From NCBI GenBank assembly GCA_018398765.1, contig JAHBMJ010000210.1:1-53943 (forward strand): a stretch of DNA of 53,943 bases, given 5' to 3'. Numbering within the stretch: the first letter of the stretch is position 1; each line of letters starts with the position of its first letter. The notes beneath the pieces are model-generated. The model saw only the letters and a program-made list of their open reading frames with translations, made no database searches and was not told where the DNA came from. Below, one piece after another: positions 34,301-46,503 of the stretch. Position numbers and translations under genes: made by a program. Source of the DNA: Chromera velia. Its lineage: Eukaryota.

Positions 34301-34901
34301 TACGGAAGAATTGACCGAAACTTCTCTTTCCTCAAAAACCGATTTCCAAACACATACAGCTGCAGACAGACAAGGAAGCTGAAACGAATGAATCCTGTGC
34401 AAACAGAAAAGCGTCGGAAGGGAAGGAAGGGAGGAAGGAAGGAAGGAAGGAAGGAAGTTACCGACCGCTACGAGACGAATGAGCCTCTTGGTAGGAAGCA
34501 AAAGAAGACTGAAAGGGGAAGCGAAAAGGTCTGGCCTCCTCGTGGCGTGGGTGCGAGTGTGCGTGGAGGGCAAAGCTGACGATCAAGTTGAGGTGGGTGA
34601 GGAAGAGAGAAACGGGGAGGCAGAAGAGGCGCCTTGTAAAATTGGAACAGGCCAGGAAGGAAGACAGGAGGGACAGAGGGATAGAAGAAGGAAGCAGAGG
34701 GAGACCGACGACTGACAGACTGACAGACATTCCATGCGAGTGCAGAGACAGGCGGCACAGCGAGTGCGTTGAGGAACCATTGTGGGATTTCAATGAGGAA
34801 GTCAAGGTTGTCCAGCAGCCACCAAGTCAGGTACGTGGAGAGAAGAACCCAGAGGCCGGGGAAGGATATCAGGGGCTTCTCTATCTCAAACGATCGGCTT
34901 C

Positions 34902-34956
<55 letters not shown>

Positions 34957-36274
34957 TTGATTCATAGACGGACACTAACAGACAGGCTGCCGGGCTGTGC
35001 TGTCCGACCCTTTCTTCTTCGGCTTCCTTTTGTTTTTCTGTTACCTTGCGTCCTGCCTTGTTGCTTTGTTCGACCTAGAATTCCCTGTTTCGTTCCTTGC
35101 CCGTCCTTCTCTGCTTGCATTGTAGAGAGGGAGAGAGGCGAAGAATATGAGAACGCCCAGAATCGGCAGAACGCAGCAGAAGAGCGTGTAGCGAGCCGAT
35201 CCGATCAAAGAAGATTACTCTTTCCTTCGCTTTGGCTGCCACTACGTTGTTCTCTCTCTTTGTCTCTCTCTCTGTCTCTCTTCTGCAGGTGTCGGTCTCC
35301 GCTTGTGAAAGACATCTGGTGGCCTGGGCAAGCAACCTTTTGGACATTCCCTCTGTTTGCTTCATGCTTCCTTCCGCTCGTCAAATCCCCTCCCCTCATC
35401 TGAGTGCATCTGCATGTTTGGGTGACCCCTCTTGGTACTTCGTTCTGTCTGACCTCCTCGAAAGTGTTCAGAAGCACTCACGCACATCAACGCAGTGAAT
35501 CCCCCCTATCAATGATGCACACATCTACCTACCTGCTATGATCATGGAGGTAGTGAAGTCCCTCTCCGAGAACTTGGGCGTCTGTCCCGCCGCCTCCTGG
35601 GCCTTGACGTAGTCGGTATAGATCTGTTTCCACTGCCGTCTCTGGTCGTATACCTTCGACCGAAGAGCGGCATCCTCCAAGAGGGAGAGCTCCTTCTCCG
35701 TCCACAGCACCAGCTGGTCGTATGCAGAAGGGGGGGGAAGCGTCGAGAACCAATCCGCAAAGTCCGAAAAACCTCCTTTCGATCTCTCGTTAAGGAGCTG
35801 AATAGCAAGTCTGGCTTCTGGGGTGCATGATTCAAAAAACTGCTGTGCACAGAAGCTCTTATCAAGTGGAAACACCTCAAAATCCGAAGACTCAATGGAG
35901 GACTTGAACTCACGCGACACCGCCACAATCTCCTCCCCCACACCCATTGCACGAGATGTGCGAAGGCCAAACATCTCAACTGGAGGCTGCCCCTGTTCTA
36001 ACAGTTCAGGAGACGTCATCAGAGGATATTCAATCTGGAATGGAGTTGCTTTTGCATTCGTGCGGATCATCAATCGGTCCCCTACTCTCTTTACACTGTC
36101 CGCAGGGACAATATCAAAAGGGCTGTAGCTGCCGCCAAGCGAAGAGCGTTCCCTCCTTCCCTCTACCACTCGCCGCCGTCTCGCACTCGAACTCAATGCA
36201 TCTGGTCGTAAGACGAACGCCACGGTGCTGCGCAGAGCGCAGCACGCTACCACGGTCCAGAGAAGCGAAGTCAT
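31356..36274 (-). CDS. Plastid-targeted SET-domain protein-lysine methyltransferase (Rubisco LSMT/SETD-type), 8 exons
   Basis: Exons about 36274-35533, 34901-~34729, 34359-34267, 33976-33891, 33274-33037, 32720-32619, 32224-32161, 31852-31356 join in frame. Motifs GLRTSRAMGVGEEIVAV, LAIQLLNE, SRSF, ILPYADFLNH, QIFLNYG, LLRRWGF, SEENE, RRQLALLFR. Leader MTSLLWTVVACCALRSTVA-F followed by an S/R-rich transit-like peptide. Confidence 0.9.
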
Positions 36275-36765
36275 CTTCCTTTGAAGTTCAGAAAAGGGGT
36301 TTGGAACTCACAGGGACTCATCTCTCAGCCTTGCTACGGCTTTCTGGATACAAGCTAGCTTTAACTTCGCTTTATAAGTTAGCTCGGAAGTCAGCTTGGA
36401 TCCCGTAAAGTTTGTGGGCCCTAACTTTTGGCCCCGGAAAGAGCAATTATAGGTGGCGAACGCGAGCGATACGCGAGCGGAACTATATAACTGCATGCAG
36501 CGACATGCACGCGCGCGAACGTTCACGCGCGAAGAGATCGTGCGCAATCAATGCATGCATATGCATGCTTCCCTGTCGGGGCTTCTCTTTCAATGACTGC
36601 AGGAAATATAGATACACAGTCTGACGATGAGCCGTGTGCCGTCCTCTTAGTTTCCTTTGATTAGAGACCTGCTGTCATCAGCCAAAGTACCCTTGCAAAT
36701 CAAGGCTTGAAAGTTCGTGCCACTGCCACGACAAACAACAGCCGGTCACCGCTCTTTCTCACATC

Positions 36766-38018
36766 ATGAAGTTCTCCGCAGTTGCTCTGGCGTTCGTTGC
36801 CGCTTCTGAGGCCGCTGTGGTGAGTGCTCTTGCAACTTTTGCCCCTGTAGCAACTTCGCATGCTTAGCCAGCTTTGTTGATGTAATGGAGTATGACTTTC
36901 CAGGGGTTTTGTCACACGTGTTCGCAAGTGTGCGAGTGACTGAGAAGATGTTACGCAACACCTGCACGTCTTCTAGCTCCCCAACCTCTCCCTCCTGCTG
37001 AGTACCTGTGCGAACCTCTTCTCCTTCGATATCTCCTCTTCCTCATCTGAATGAGACTAGATGTTTCATAATCGTGAAGGTTGTCTGCGTGTTCGACCAT
37101 GTGCGTGTACCAGAATATATAGCAGACAACATGTTGCGCAACACCTGCACGCTGACAGCAGTACGCCTCCTATTGTTCTTATGTGAGTCCCACATGCTTC
37201 TGCCGGCTTCTCCACAACACCTGTAGAGAAAAAAATGCTTACGACGGTTGTGTGTGCCCTCTTTGAGTCTTCCTGCCTCCGTCTACTCGGAGTTGCTGCT
37301 TGATTCAATGTGTTTCATCCTGGTGTCTGCCAACGTGCAGGACTTCTCCAAGCTTGGGGACCTCCCTGACTTCGGCAAGTTCGATCTCGGCAGTCTTTTC
37401 GGAGAGAAGGAGGACTTCGTGAAGGGGGGCAAGTGCAAGCCCATCACCATCGCCGAGATTGAGGAAGCTCAGAACGGCTGGGGTTGGGGCCTCGTGGCCA
37501 TTGGTGCTGCCTACGCGGAGGCTTTCAACACGCTCCCCAACAGCAACACCACTTTCGTTACCAAGGCCGAGCAGGTGATTTCGGAGTTCTACAACTACGG
37601 AAAGAGCAATGTCCTCTTCAAGCCCACCCTCACAACCCCTCCCAACCAGTTTCGGCCCACCTTCCAGGGGGCACTTTCCTACTTCGTTGGCCCCTGGGCC
37701 CCTGAGCCTATCGACGGCGATCCCGGCTTTGCCCTCGGACCGGACTGCGGGATGCAGACTCCCCCCCTTCAGGAGCCCTGTCCCTGGGTTGACGTCCGCT
37801 TTGAGAACAACGGGACCTTGCTCTTCAAGGACACCGCGCTCGCCATGGGTAACTACTTCTTCACCCCCGGGAACGGCACCCAGGACGGTGCTCCCTCCAT
37901 GGTGGAGTACTCGTTCGCGTACGTGAAGGACCCCAAGACTTGTTACCTCAAGATCGTCCTCCAGCACTCCTCTGTTCCCTTCATGGCTCCAGATGCTGCA
38001 TCCATGATGGGACGTTAA
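36766..38018 (+). CDS. Secreted COG4337-family (iota-class) carbonic anhydrase-like protein, 2 exons (36766-36819, 37341-38018)
   Basis: Exon 1 MKFSAVALAFVAASEAAV is a signal peptide ending at a gtgagt donor. Exon 2 has VLFKPT, FRPT..GALSYFVG, GFAL, PW.DVRFEN, AMGNYFFT, VEYSFAY, LKIVLQHSSVPF; strong GC3 codon bias. Confidence 0.88.
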
Positions 38019-39697
38019 TTAAGCTTCGACGCTGCTTCGTTTTAGAAAAATTTGAGACATGAATTCGGCTGTGAGCCTGTGGGTTGACCCATGCATGCAA
38101 GAAGCGTGGTCGTCCTTCGATCTTTCTTTCGTGCTCGTGGTCGCTGGTTGTTGACGTACTGCTCAATCGATAGATGTACTGCTCAATCGATCAAAATCTG
38201 AGTGTTCTTTCGTGTGCCCACATCAAGAAGAGAGAAAGCGCGTCTTCGCTTTCAACAAAGTAGACGCTGCTGTTGAGGTGCATCGGGACGCAATGAGCCC
38301 TTGTGAGTGTGAATGTCTCCCATGCTTGGTACTTGTGTGTTTTGAACCTTCCTTTGGTTTCTTCTTTTTCCCCATGTTTTCTCCCAACGAAGACATTTCA
38401 ATCATCGTCTCGAGACCAATGTGACACTTCTTATTGTCCTCTTCACTGGCGCCAAAGCGAAATGGGGAAACTGACCAAAACAGTCGGGTTTTCCGTACCG
38501 CGAGCCTTAGTCACGAAATTCGCATATGAACTGTAAGGATGCTTTACAAACAGTGTCAAACACATGCATGCATGGTGTATCCATGAAAACTTGAGTGTGA
38601 TAAGCTGTATATGAGGAGCCACTGTCAGTCTATCTTTACAGCTTAAGACTTCACTAGATAATCTTTTTTCATGCATGTGTAGCTAACATACTGCGCTACC
38701 CTATAAAATTGGAAGTGTTTTAGGGTATGAGATTCTCAAAAAAGTAGTTTGAAGCTCCAAATTTTTTTTGGAAGTATACTAACATAAAAAAACTAGAAGT
38801 CCTAGGAAGGTCTTAGTTAGCGCTCCTAATGTAAAAAATGATGGAGAACGCGTTTTTAGCACTTATATGATCTAAAACTTTAGAATTTTTACGAAAAAAC
38901 GATTTGTTGGCTACAACAGGAGGCGTGACCACAGTATAGGCTCCTTAGGAGGAGAGCGATTAAACATAAGGGATTAGTTGATTGACAAAACTAGTAAATT
39001 CAAAACTGAAAAGAGCAACATGCATAGAATGCAACCATAAAAACCATTATCCCCCCTCCCAAAAATTGTTGTCGTTCTTTGTTGAGGCTACGCCGCTACG
39101 GCATTTCTGGGAGACCCATGCAGGTCTAGAAGGGAGATGGGGGCCACGGTTTCTGTATGCGCATGTACAGGTATATATTAATACATTTTTTTTTATTAAT
39201 AATTATTTTTCTTTGCATGCATGCATGCGATTGCATGCGTGGATGCATGCATGCACGGATCGAATATAGCATGCATGACGACTTAATTTGTTGCATGAAC
39301 GACAAACAAAGCTGCTCGAACAGGCCGGGGGACAGAGCCGGCAGCCCGCAGCTTTCTCACATTCGAAATGAAAGGACACTCTTCGTCTCTTGACTATTGA
39401 GGGCAGAGTAGGGCTGAAATTGAAGGTACTCAGGCACGAGCCCACTTGGTATTGCTTCTGTCTGTCGACGCTCCTTTTGACCTCTGGGCGTCTGCTTTGT
39501 GGGCGTCAGTGTTCCAGCTGCTGGTCTCTCTTCCAGACAGTCCATCAAAGAAGTAAAGGAAGCCTTGTTGTCTCTTGGGGCGCCTTGAAGGCCCCTCGAT
39601 CTTTTCTTTCTTCAAAGAATCACAAAGGCGTGTTGTGCAACGAACAACAACAACAAAAGACTGTTGCCAGCTGCCTTGTCTTTCTGTTTCCAGAGCG

Positions 39698-40971
39698 ATG
39701 AGAATATTGCAGTCGACGCTTCCCTTTGTCTTCATTGCAAAGGCCTCAGGCCTACGCAAAGCAGAGCGGGTGCCGAAAAATTATTTCAGATGCGGAGTGG
39801 ACGACTGTCGTCCCCAACCGGCTGCGGCCGCTTCACCAATTTCCTTTATTGAACTTGAGCAGTCTCCTCGCCCGCCCGTTCCCTCTCCTTTCCCTGAAGA
39901 AGATCTCCCGATGTCGGTGTCTCTTCTCCAGATGTCTTTCCTTGAACTTCACAAACTCTCCCAAACGGAGGCCGAGGATCTCCTCGCACAGGCAACAGAC
40001 GAATTCGTTGACGGCATGGCAAAACTGGCCGAGAAGGTCGAGCAGCAGTCCAAAGACGCCAAGGACCCAAAAGAAACCGCCAAAATCACATCACCTGATG
40101 ACGTCATCAAGACGATCACAGGTATCAGGAAACAGGCAAACGACATGGCTCACCTTCAGAAGAAAGTCGCGCTTGTGCACCAAAAGGCAGGACCTCTCTC
40201 CGACACTTTCTTTGAGAAGACCAGGTAGGTTCGAGGAGACGTTCATGAAGTGCATGGTAAAATTCATGACTTGCTTTTTGTGTCAGTGCCTGAGAAGTAG
40301 TCTCAAGCTGAGACACCTCTTGGAAAAAGAAATGCAATTTGGGATGAGCCCTTGCTTGTTTTGTATCAAGCATGCAATTCGTGAAAGATCACACGCATAA
40401 CCGAAAGTGGGCCATTCGTGAGATTACATTGTTCCCACTCGTCTTCAGTTGTGTAAGCGGTCTGTTTTGCCCCGCAGCGAGGTCCGAGGTACTTGAATAG
40501 TGCATTCAGGTTACTCAACAGACTTTATTTTATCTCTTTAATTAATTCTTTTTGCACTCCTTTCACTGTACTTAATTCTGCAGCGAGGCGGCCGACAAGG
40601 CATCTGCCGAGGAAGACCACGAGAAGTTGGAAGACGCCGAGACGAAAATAGATGCAGCGAAAAGATCGACTCTGGAGCATCTGAAGGTGACGGACAGGGC
40701 CAAGTACGCGGATAGGTTTGACGCTGTCTCAAGGTGAATGAGCTCGTAAGGCAAGGGAGGGAAGAGACTTTCGGGCAGACAGAAAGACAGGAAGGAAAAA
40801 CCGGCTTGGATCTTCCCTTCTGTTTCCCTTTCTCTTCTCTCCCCCAACCCCGCACACAGAGAGTCTGCAGGAAAAAGCGTTAAGTCTTGAAGTTCCCTCA
40901 GTTTCTTTCCCCTGTCTCTCTTTCTGCCGGGACCTATGCATGTGTGCCTCCCTGCCTGTCTGCCTGCCTGC

Positions 40972-41008
<37 letters not shown>

Positions 41009-41009
41009 A

Positions 41010-41041
<32 letters not shown>

Positions 41042-44000
41042 GGTCGTGCCTGTGTGTCTTTCTCTTTACTATTTAATTCTGCCGATGATGCATTCACTCT
41101 CGATATGCGCCTGCATACCCTCTGTTCTGCTCTCTCGAACAAACAAACCTGGTTGCAGATCCTCTGCTGCCTCGGCAGAGGAGGTGATGGAAGAAGCGCA
41201 AAAACTGACAGAGGAAGACTTCCCTGGAGTGAGTGAGTGAGTGAGTGAGGGAGGGAGGGAGGGAGGGAGGGAGTGAGTGAGTGAAGGAGCTAGTGTGCCT
41301 GCGGGGCGCATGCGGAGGGTCTTTCGTCGGCTGCGTTTCTTTTTGTCCATATAGCTGCTTTTTCTTCTCTTCTGCCTGCCTGTCTGTCTGTCTGTCTGTC
41401 TGTCTGTCTTGATTGATTAATTGATTGATTTCTACAGGTATGAATGATTGTATGGCTCTGACTATGAGTGCATCTGCCTGTCTGCCTCCCTGCATGTAAT
41501 TCTTTCCGTTGGTTGGGCCCCCTTTTCCTTCTCTGTTCTGATGTTGCCTTCCTTCTATCAGACCCTTTGCTTCTCTTTCTGTCCACACGCATGTGCATCA
41601 GTGAGTCTGTACATGCGCGCATGCACGTAGACGCATATGTACTCGTGTGTGCCCTTGGTGTGTTGGATTTTGCGGTGGATTCGTTCCCCTGTCGGGCTAT
41701 GTGGATCTGCGTGAAAAGGGATAGGCAGGTTTTGTTCTTTCCATGCATGCATGGGTGGATGAACTTGATTCCATGGATCTAACATATTAAAAATTCCATG
41801 GATCTAAAATATATTAAAAAAAAAAAAAAAAAAACTTGATTCCATGGATCATGTACTGTTGATGAATGGATGCAGATTCCCTCTTCACAGCTGAAGACGA
41901 ATTTGGGAGAGAGAGAGTTAACCAACGAGGAAATGAGAGCAGAAGAAGAAGAGGAAGACAAACCCGAACCCGAACCCTCAGGAGGAAAGGGGGCCAAGTC
42001 CCCTTCGTCTTCTTCGGATAGCCTATCGCGTCAATTTGTGGACTCTGAAATCGACACTTGTGGTCAGTCGATTGGAGAGAATGAAAGACTTGCAAACAGC
42101 AACAACAAACAAGTTGTGCCGAAAAGTGCTTGCATGAGAGAAACTGAGAGATTGTTCTGCTTGGTTTGACGGTGGAAAAGAAATGTGCGGGAGGGAAATG
42201 GGCCTGCCTGCGTGGATCTATTGTGTTATCTTTGCATACGTTTCCCTCTCCCCACTCCCTTTACCCCTTTTGTGTACGTACGCATTCTTAAGATATCCTG
42301 GTTGCCTTGTATCTATGCCTCATGCGTTGCTTTTCTCTTTGTGGATTCTTTTCCTCACTGTGTGCGTCTCTGAGCCAGTATCTTTGTCAGAGATAGATAC
42401 TAGGGTTTGACTCTAGAAAGCGAGAAGGAAAATAATCGAAAGAGAAAAAACTCGAACCCCGTCAGAACTGTTGCAGAGCAAAAAAATTCTTCTCGCCTGT
42501 TTCCCAAATGAAACACATTACACAGAAACCTCTCACGATACTCCCAGTCTCTTCACAAAGACATTCAATCGAAGTCTCCAACACGACAGCTCTCCCTCTG
42601 TGCCCTCGCTTTGTACCTCCCCTCCTTCCTCCCTTCAATTATTTCCCTCCTTCGTTTCTTCTTGATTCACGAGGAGAGCAGAGTCGGAGGACGGAGACCC
42701 TTCCTCTACGGTCTCTGAGCTGAGCCTGGTGGAGGAAACGGCCAAATCGAAGAAGGGAATGACCACATTGGATGACTATGGAAGGGTCGAGGTGGGTCGG
42801 CAGTCTGCATGTAGTTGTAGGTGGGATTTTGGCTTCAATTGTGTGTGTGCCTGTTTTGCTTTTTCAGTCAGTCAGTCAGAATGAATGAATGAATGAATGA
42901 ATGGATGAATGAATAGTTCCACGGAGAGTCGGGATCTTCCTCTTCTCTACATTCGCGCTTCTCCCTCCTTGTCTCGCTGTCGCTTGCTACTCACTCCCTC
43001 CCTCCCTCACTCACTCACTCACTCACTCACTCACTCACACACACTCATTCACTGACGCTGCAGGCAGACTTTCGTCCCAGGGTGCTTCCAAGATCACATG
43101 AACAGCCAAAACCTCTCTCCCCCCGATATATGCTTCATGCCTGCAAGTCTGTTTCTCTGTCTGACCGTCTGCCTATCTGTCTGTTTATCTACCTTGCAGA
43201 TTTGCGCCTCTGCCTCAGAGGTGGACTGCCGGCCCTGCGATGCCCTCCTGCAAAGAGAGAGCATGACGAAAACCGAAGAGGAGCTGCACGTCATCTGGAG
43301 GAATTGTGTGACGTCTCAGATCGCAGCTGTCCAAGCAAAGAAGTCAGCCAGAATGACAGAAAAGCCTGCTGAGCACCCTTTCCACCTCTTCTCTTTGCGG
43401 TTCGTGTCTTTGTCAACCATGAGCCTCCGAGTTGTCTTTGCTTTTCCACCCCCGAATTTCTCCCTCTCTGTGTCTTTTCCTGTGAGGCGCTTTTGAAGAC
43501 CCGTGTTTCGACTGGTCCTTTGCAGGCAGCTTCCTTTCTCAACTTTCCTTACTGTGGTCTCATTTGTATTCACACATGGTCGATCCGTCGTTTTCCCTTT
43601 TGTTTGACTTCCTGTTTTTTCGCTTAATGGCTGGATGACTGACTGACTGACTGTCTCTCTATCTATCTCTCTTTCTCTCTCTGTATGTGTGTGTGTGTGT
43701 ATGTGTGTGTCTGTGCCTCTCTACACGTACTTCTTTTTCTCTTTCTGGATATGTATGTGTATGTGTTTGAGTACAGGCACAAAGCAAAAGTCCGGAAAGA
43801 AGCCCAGAAGGTCGTGGACGACCTGAAAGAAGGAGAGTATGAGAAGTGGACGAAAATGTGGGAGAGGCGGCTCTTGGCACACGACGTTTTCCAGGTCAGT
43901 CAGTGTGACGAGAAGACCAGATATCTGACAAGCGTATTCATTCTGCCAAAAGAAGAGAAGAGAAGGGATGAGAGAGGCGCGGGAACATTCATCCATTTAT

Positions 44001-46449
44001 TCTAGGAAGGAAAGAAGATTCGGACTCTCTTCATACACGTCGATCAATCAGGAAGGGGAATCTGAATGCTCACAAACAGGTCTTTCTGAATGCGGTTGGG
44101 TTTCCATTTCAAAGTCCCTTTTGATCGATGGCCGAGTCTGCGTCATCACGCGAACTGAGTGATGCATTTCATTTGTCCTTCGTCTTCGAACTCATTCTCT
44201 CTCTGCAGGCGGCTGCTGCTGTCTACAACCTCGCTAGCGGGAGGTGGACTGAGAACCCTTCTTGGCCTCTCCAGATCTTCTCAGAGAACAGGTGCGTGCG
44301 TGCGTGCGTCAGGATTGGGCACTTCAGTGGCGGGTCAAGCAGACTGATTTCTCCCTTGTGGAGCCACTCAATTCCACTCAGCATTGAAAGTTAAGCAGTG
44401 AGAGAAGATTACTTATTCAGGTGCGGATAAATTCCTCCCTTTCGATTTGTTCCGAAAAGAAAAACTTTACTCCGTGCCTTACGTGCTTGTCCGTGCATTC
44501 CTTTCTTGAAGCCTTCCCCCCCCGACATTGAATTTCACACGATTCTATAACCTCTCATATGGGCTATTTCTCTTTCTGTCTCTCGTGACCCCCCTTTCCC
44601 CCTTTCCAGATACGAAGGTGTGGGGTCACGGTTCGAGGTTGCATTCACCCAGCACGCAGATGCCTACAAAGAGGAGATGATCAGGTCAGAAGGCAGAAAA
44701 CGGGGCCGGGGAAGAGAGAATTAAGAAGCTTCTCCCTCCTTACACTAATGAATTCATTGGACCCAGAACGGGACAATCTGAACATGTCGATGCTGAGTTG
44801 ATCTGTTGCCGTGGTATCTCACAAAAACATGTTCGTAGCAGGTATTTGTCGGCTTTGGTATGGTTGGACGTATTTGCTGATAGATGTGTGAGTACATGCG
44901 AGTGTCAATTACATATGCACATACATACGTTATGGACATACACACAAATGCAGGTATGCCTCAACCGAGGGTGAAGCAGCTGCGATGGACTTTGCTGCCG
45001 AGAACGGGATCATAGACGATATTGCAGCAGGGCAAGAACTTGTCGGAGACGGCCAAGGACTTGCAGGAGACGCAGAGCAGATCGCTGAGAATGCCCAGGC
45101 AATGGTTGGTTTGTCAGGAAGGAAGTTGACATATGCACATGTACTTGCAGAGGAAGTGAGGCGTCCCGGAGCGCGCGCGAAAAAGGGCAGCGCAAAATAT
45201 GAAAACAGGTTGACTTGTCATCGGGTTTTTACTCTGTGCCAGAAGGGAAATACAGGTACACAGGAAGACTAGGGATACAACCAGTGTGAGTTGACATTCG
45301 TTCGTATGAAACAGCTGTCTGATGATCATAAGTGGAAAGCCGACCACATCCTCTGCCTTTTTTTTAAAAGCTTTGTACACACGTATTTCAGTACTGTGAC
45401 AAAGAGCTGCATTCCATGAATTTCGTTCACCCTAGCTCTTCTTATTCCTTTTTTGATTTTCCCTCAATTTGCTCGTGTGCAGCAACCAGAGGCAGAGCAG
45501 CTGATGGCAGACATGCAGGTGACTGTCGAGAAAGCCAGAGTTCTTCAAGCGGACATTACAGAGACCAGCAATGAGCTCAAAGCAGAAATTCAAAAGTGTA
45601 ACGATGCTCTGGCAGCAGCCCCAGCGACGTTTCTGCAAGAAAGTGAAACAACAAAACAAACGCAACAAGACCACTCATTTGGCGGTTGGACCCCCCCCAC
45701 CAGCCCTCCCGACACCGGTGCTCCCGACACCGGTGCTCCCGACACAGGGGCGCCGGACACGGGGATAGACACGGGAATCGACACCGGCGTTCCGGGTGCT
45801 CCTGTGATTGACCCTGGGGTAGGGGTCGGCATGGGTGACTGCGACACGGAGAGAATCAAAGAACTCACCGATGAGTTGAGAGAGAAGCAAGAAGACTTTC
45901 AGGAACTACAGGCAGAAATTCAGGAATATCAAGATAGGGTGAGTGAGTGGCTGTGCAAAAGAATAATGCAAAAGTTTCTCACGTGGGAAACGATTTAAAA
46001 ACGAGAGAGAAAAAAAACAAAGGAAGAAGCACTTGTCTGTCGGAATGAAGAAAGGAAACTACATTTCACAACGCCTGTCTATTTTGCTTCTTTCTGCCGA
46101 TCATACAAGTGACTGAGAAAGGCCGTCTGCAATCTTTGGAACACACAAAATCTTCTTTCTTTCTTCTTCTGAATTGTGATCGCTCTCCTTTTGTCTTTAT
46201 TCTCCAGGCCTTCATTTTATTCTCCAAAAATGAATGCATGCATTGTCTAAATTTATTCTCCAGGCCAGTGAGTTGGCATCTCAAGTCCAAGAAGAACTCG
46301 TGGCGCCTGCAGAGGAACTCATGGAAGAGGGAACGGCCCTGAAAGAGAGGGGGGCGGAGTATGCAAACGAAATGATTGACAAGTACACCGACACCGAAAT
46401 GTTGCAAAAACTTCTCAACGCAGCCGCAGCGTCAGTCATGCAGCCACAG

Positions 46450-46503
<54 letters not shown>

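Noticed and set aside
37305..37967. 220-aa minus-strand ORF
   Set aside because: Antisense shadow of the GC3-biased carbonic anhydrase exon.
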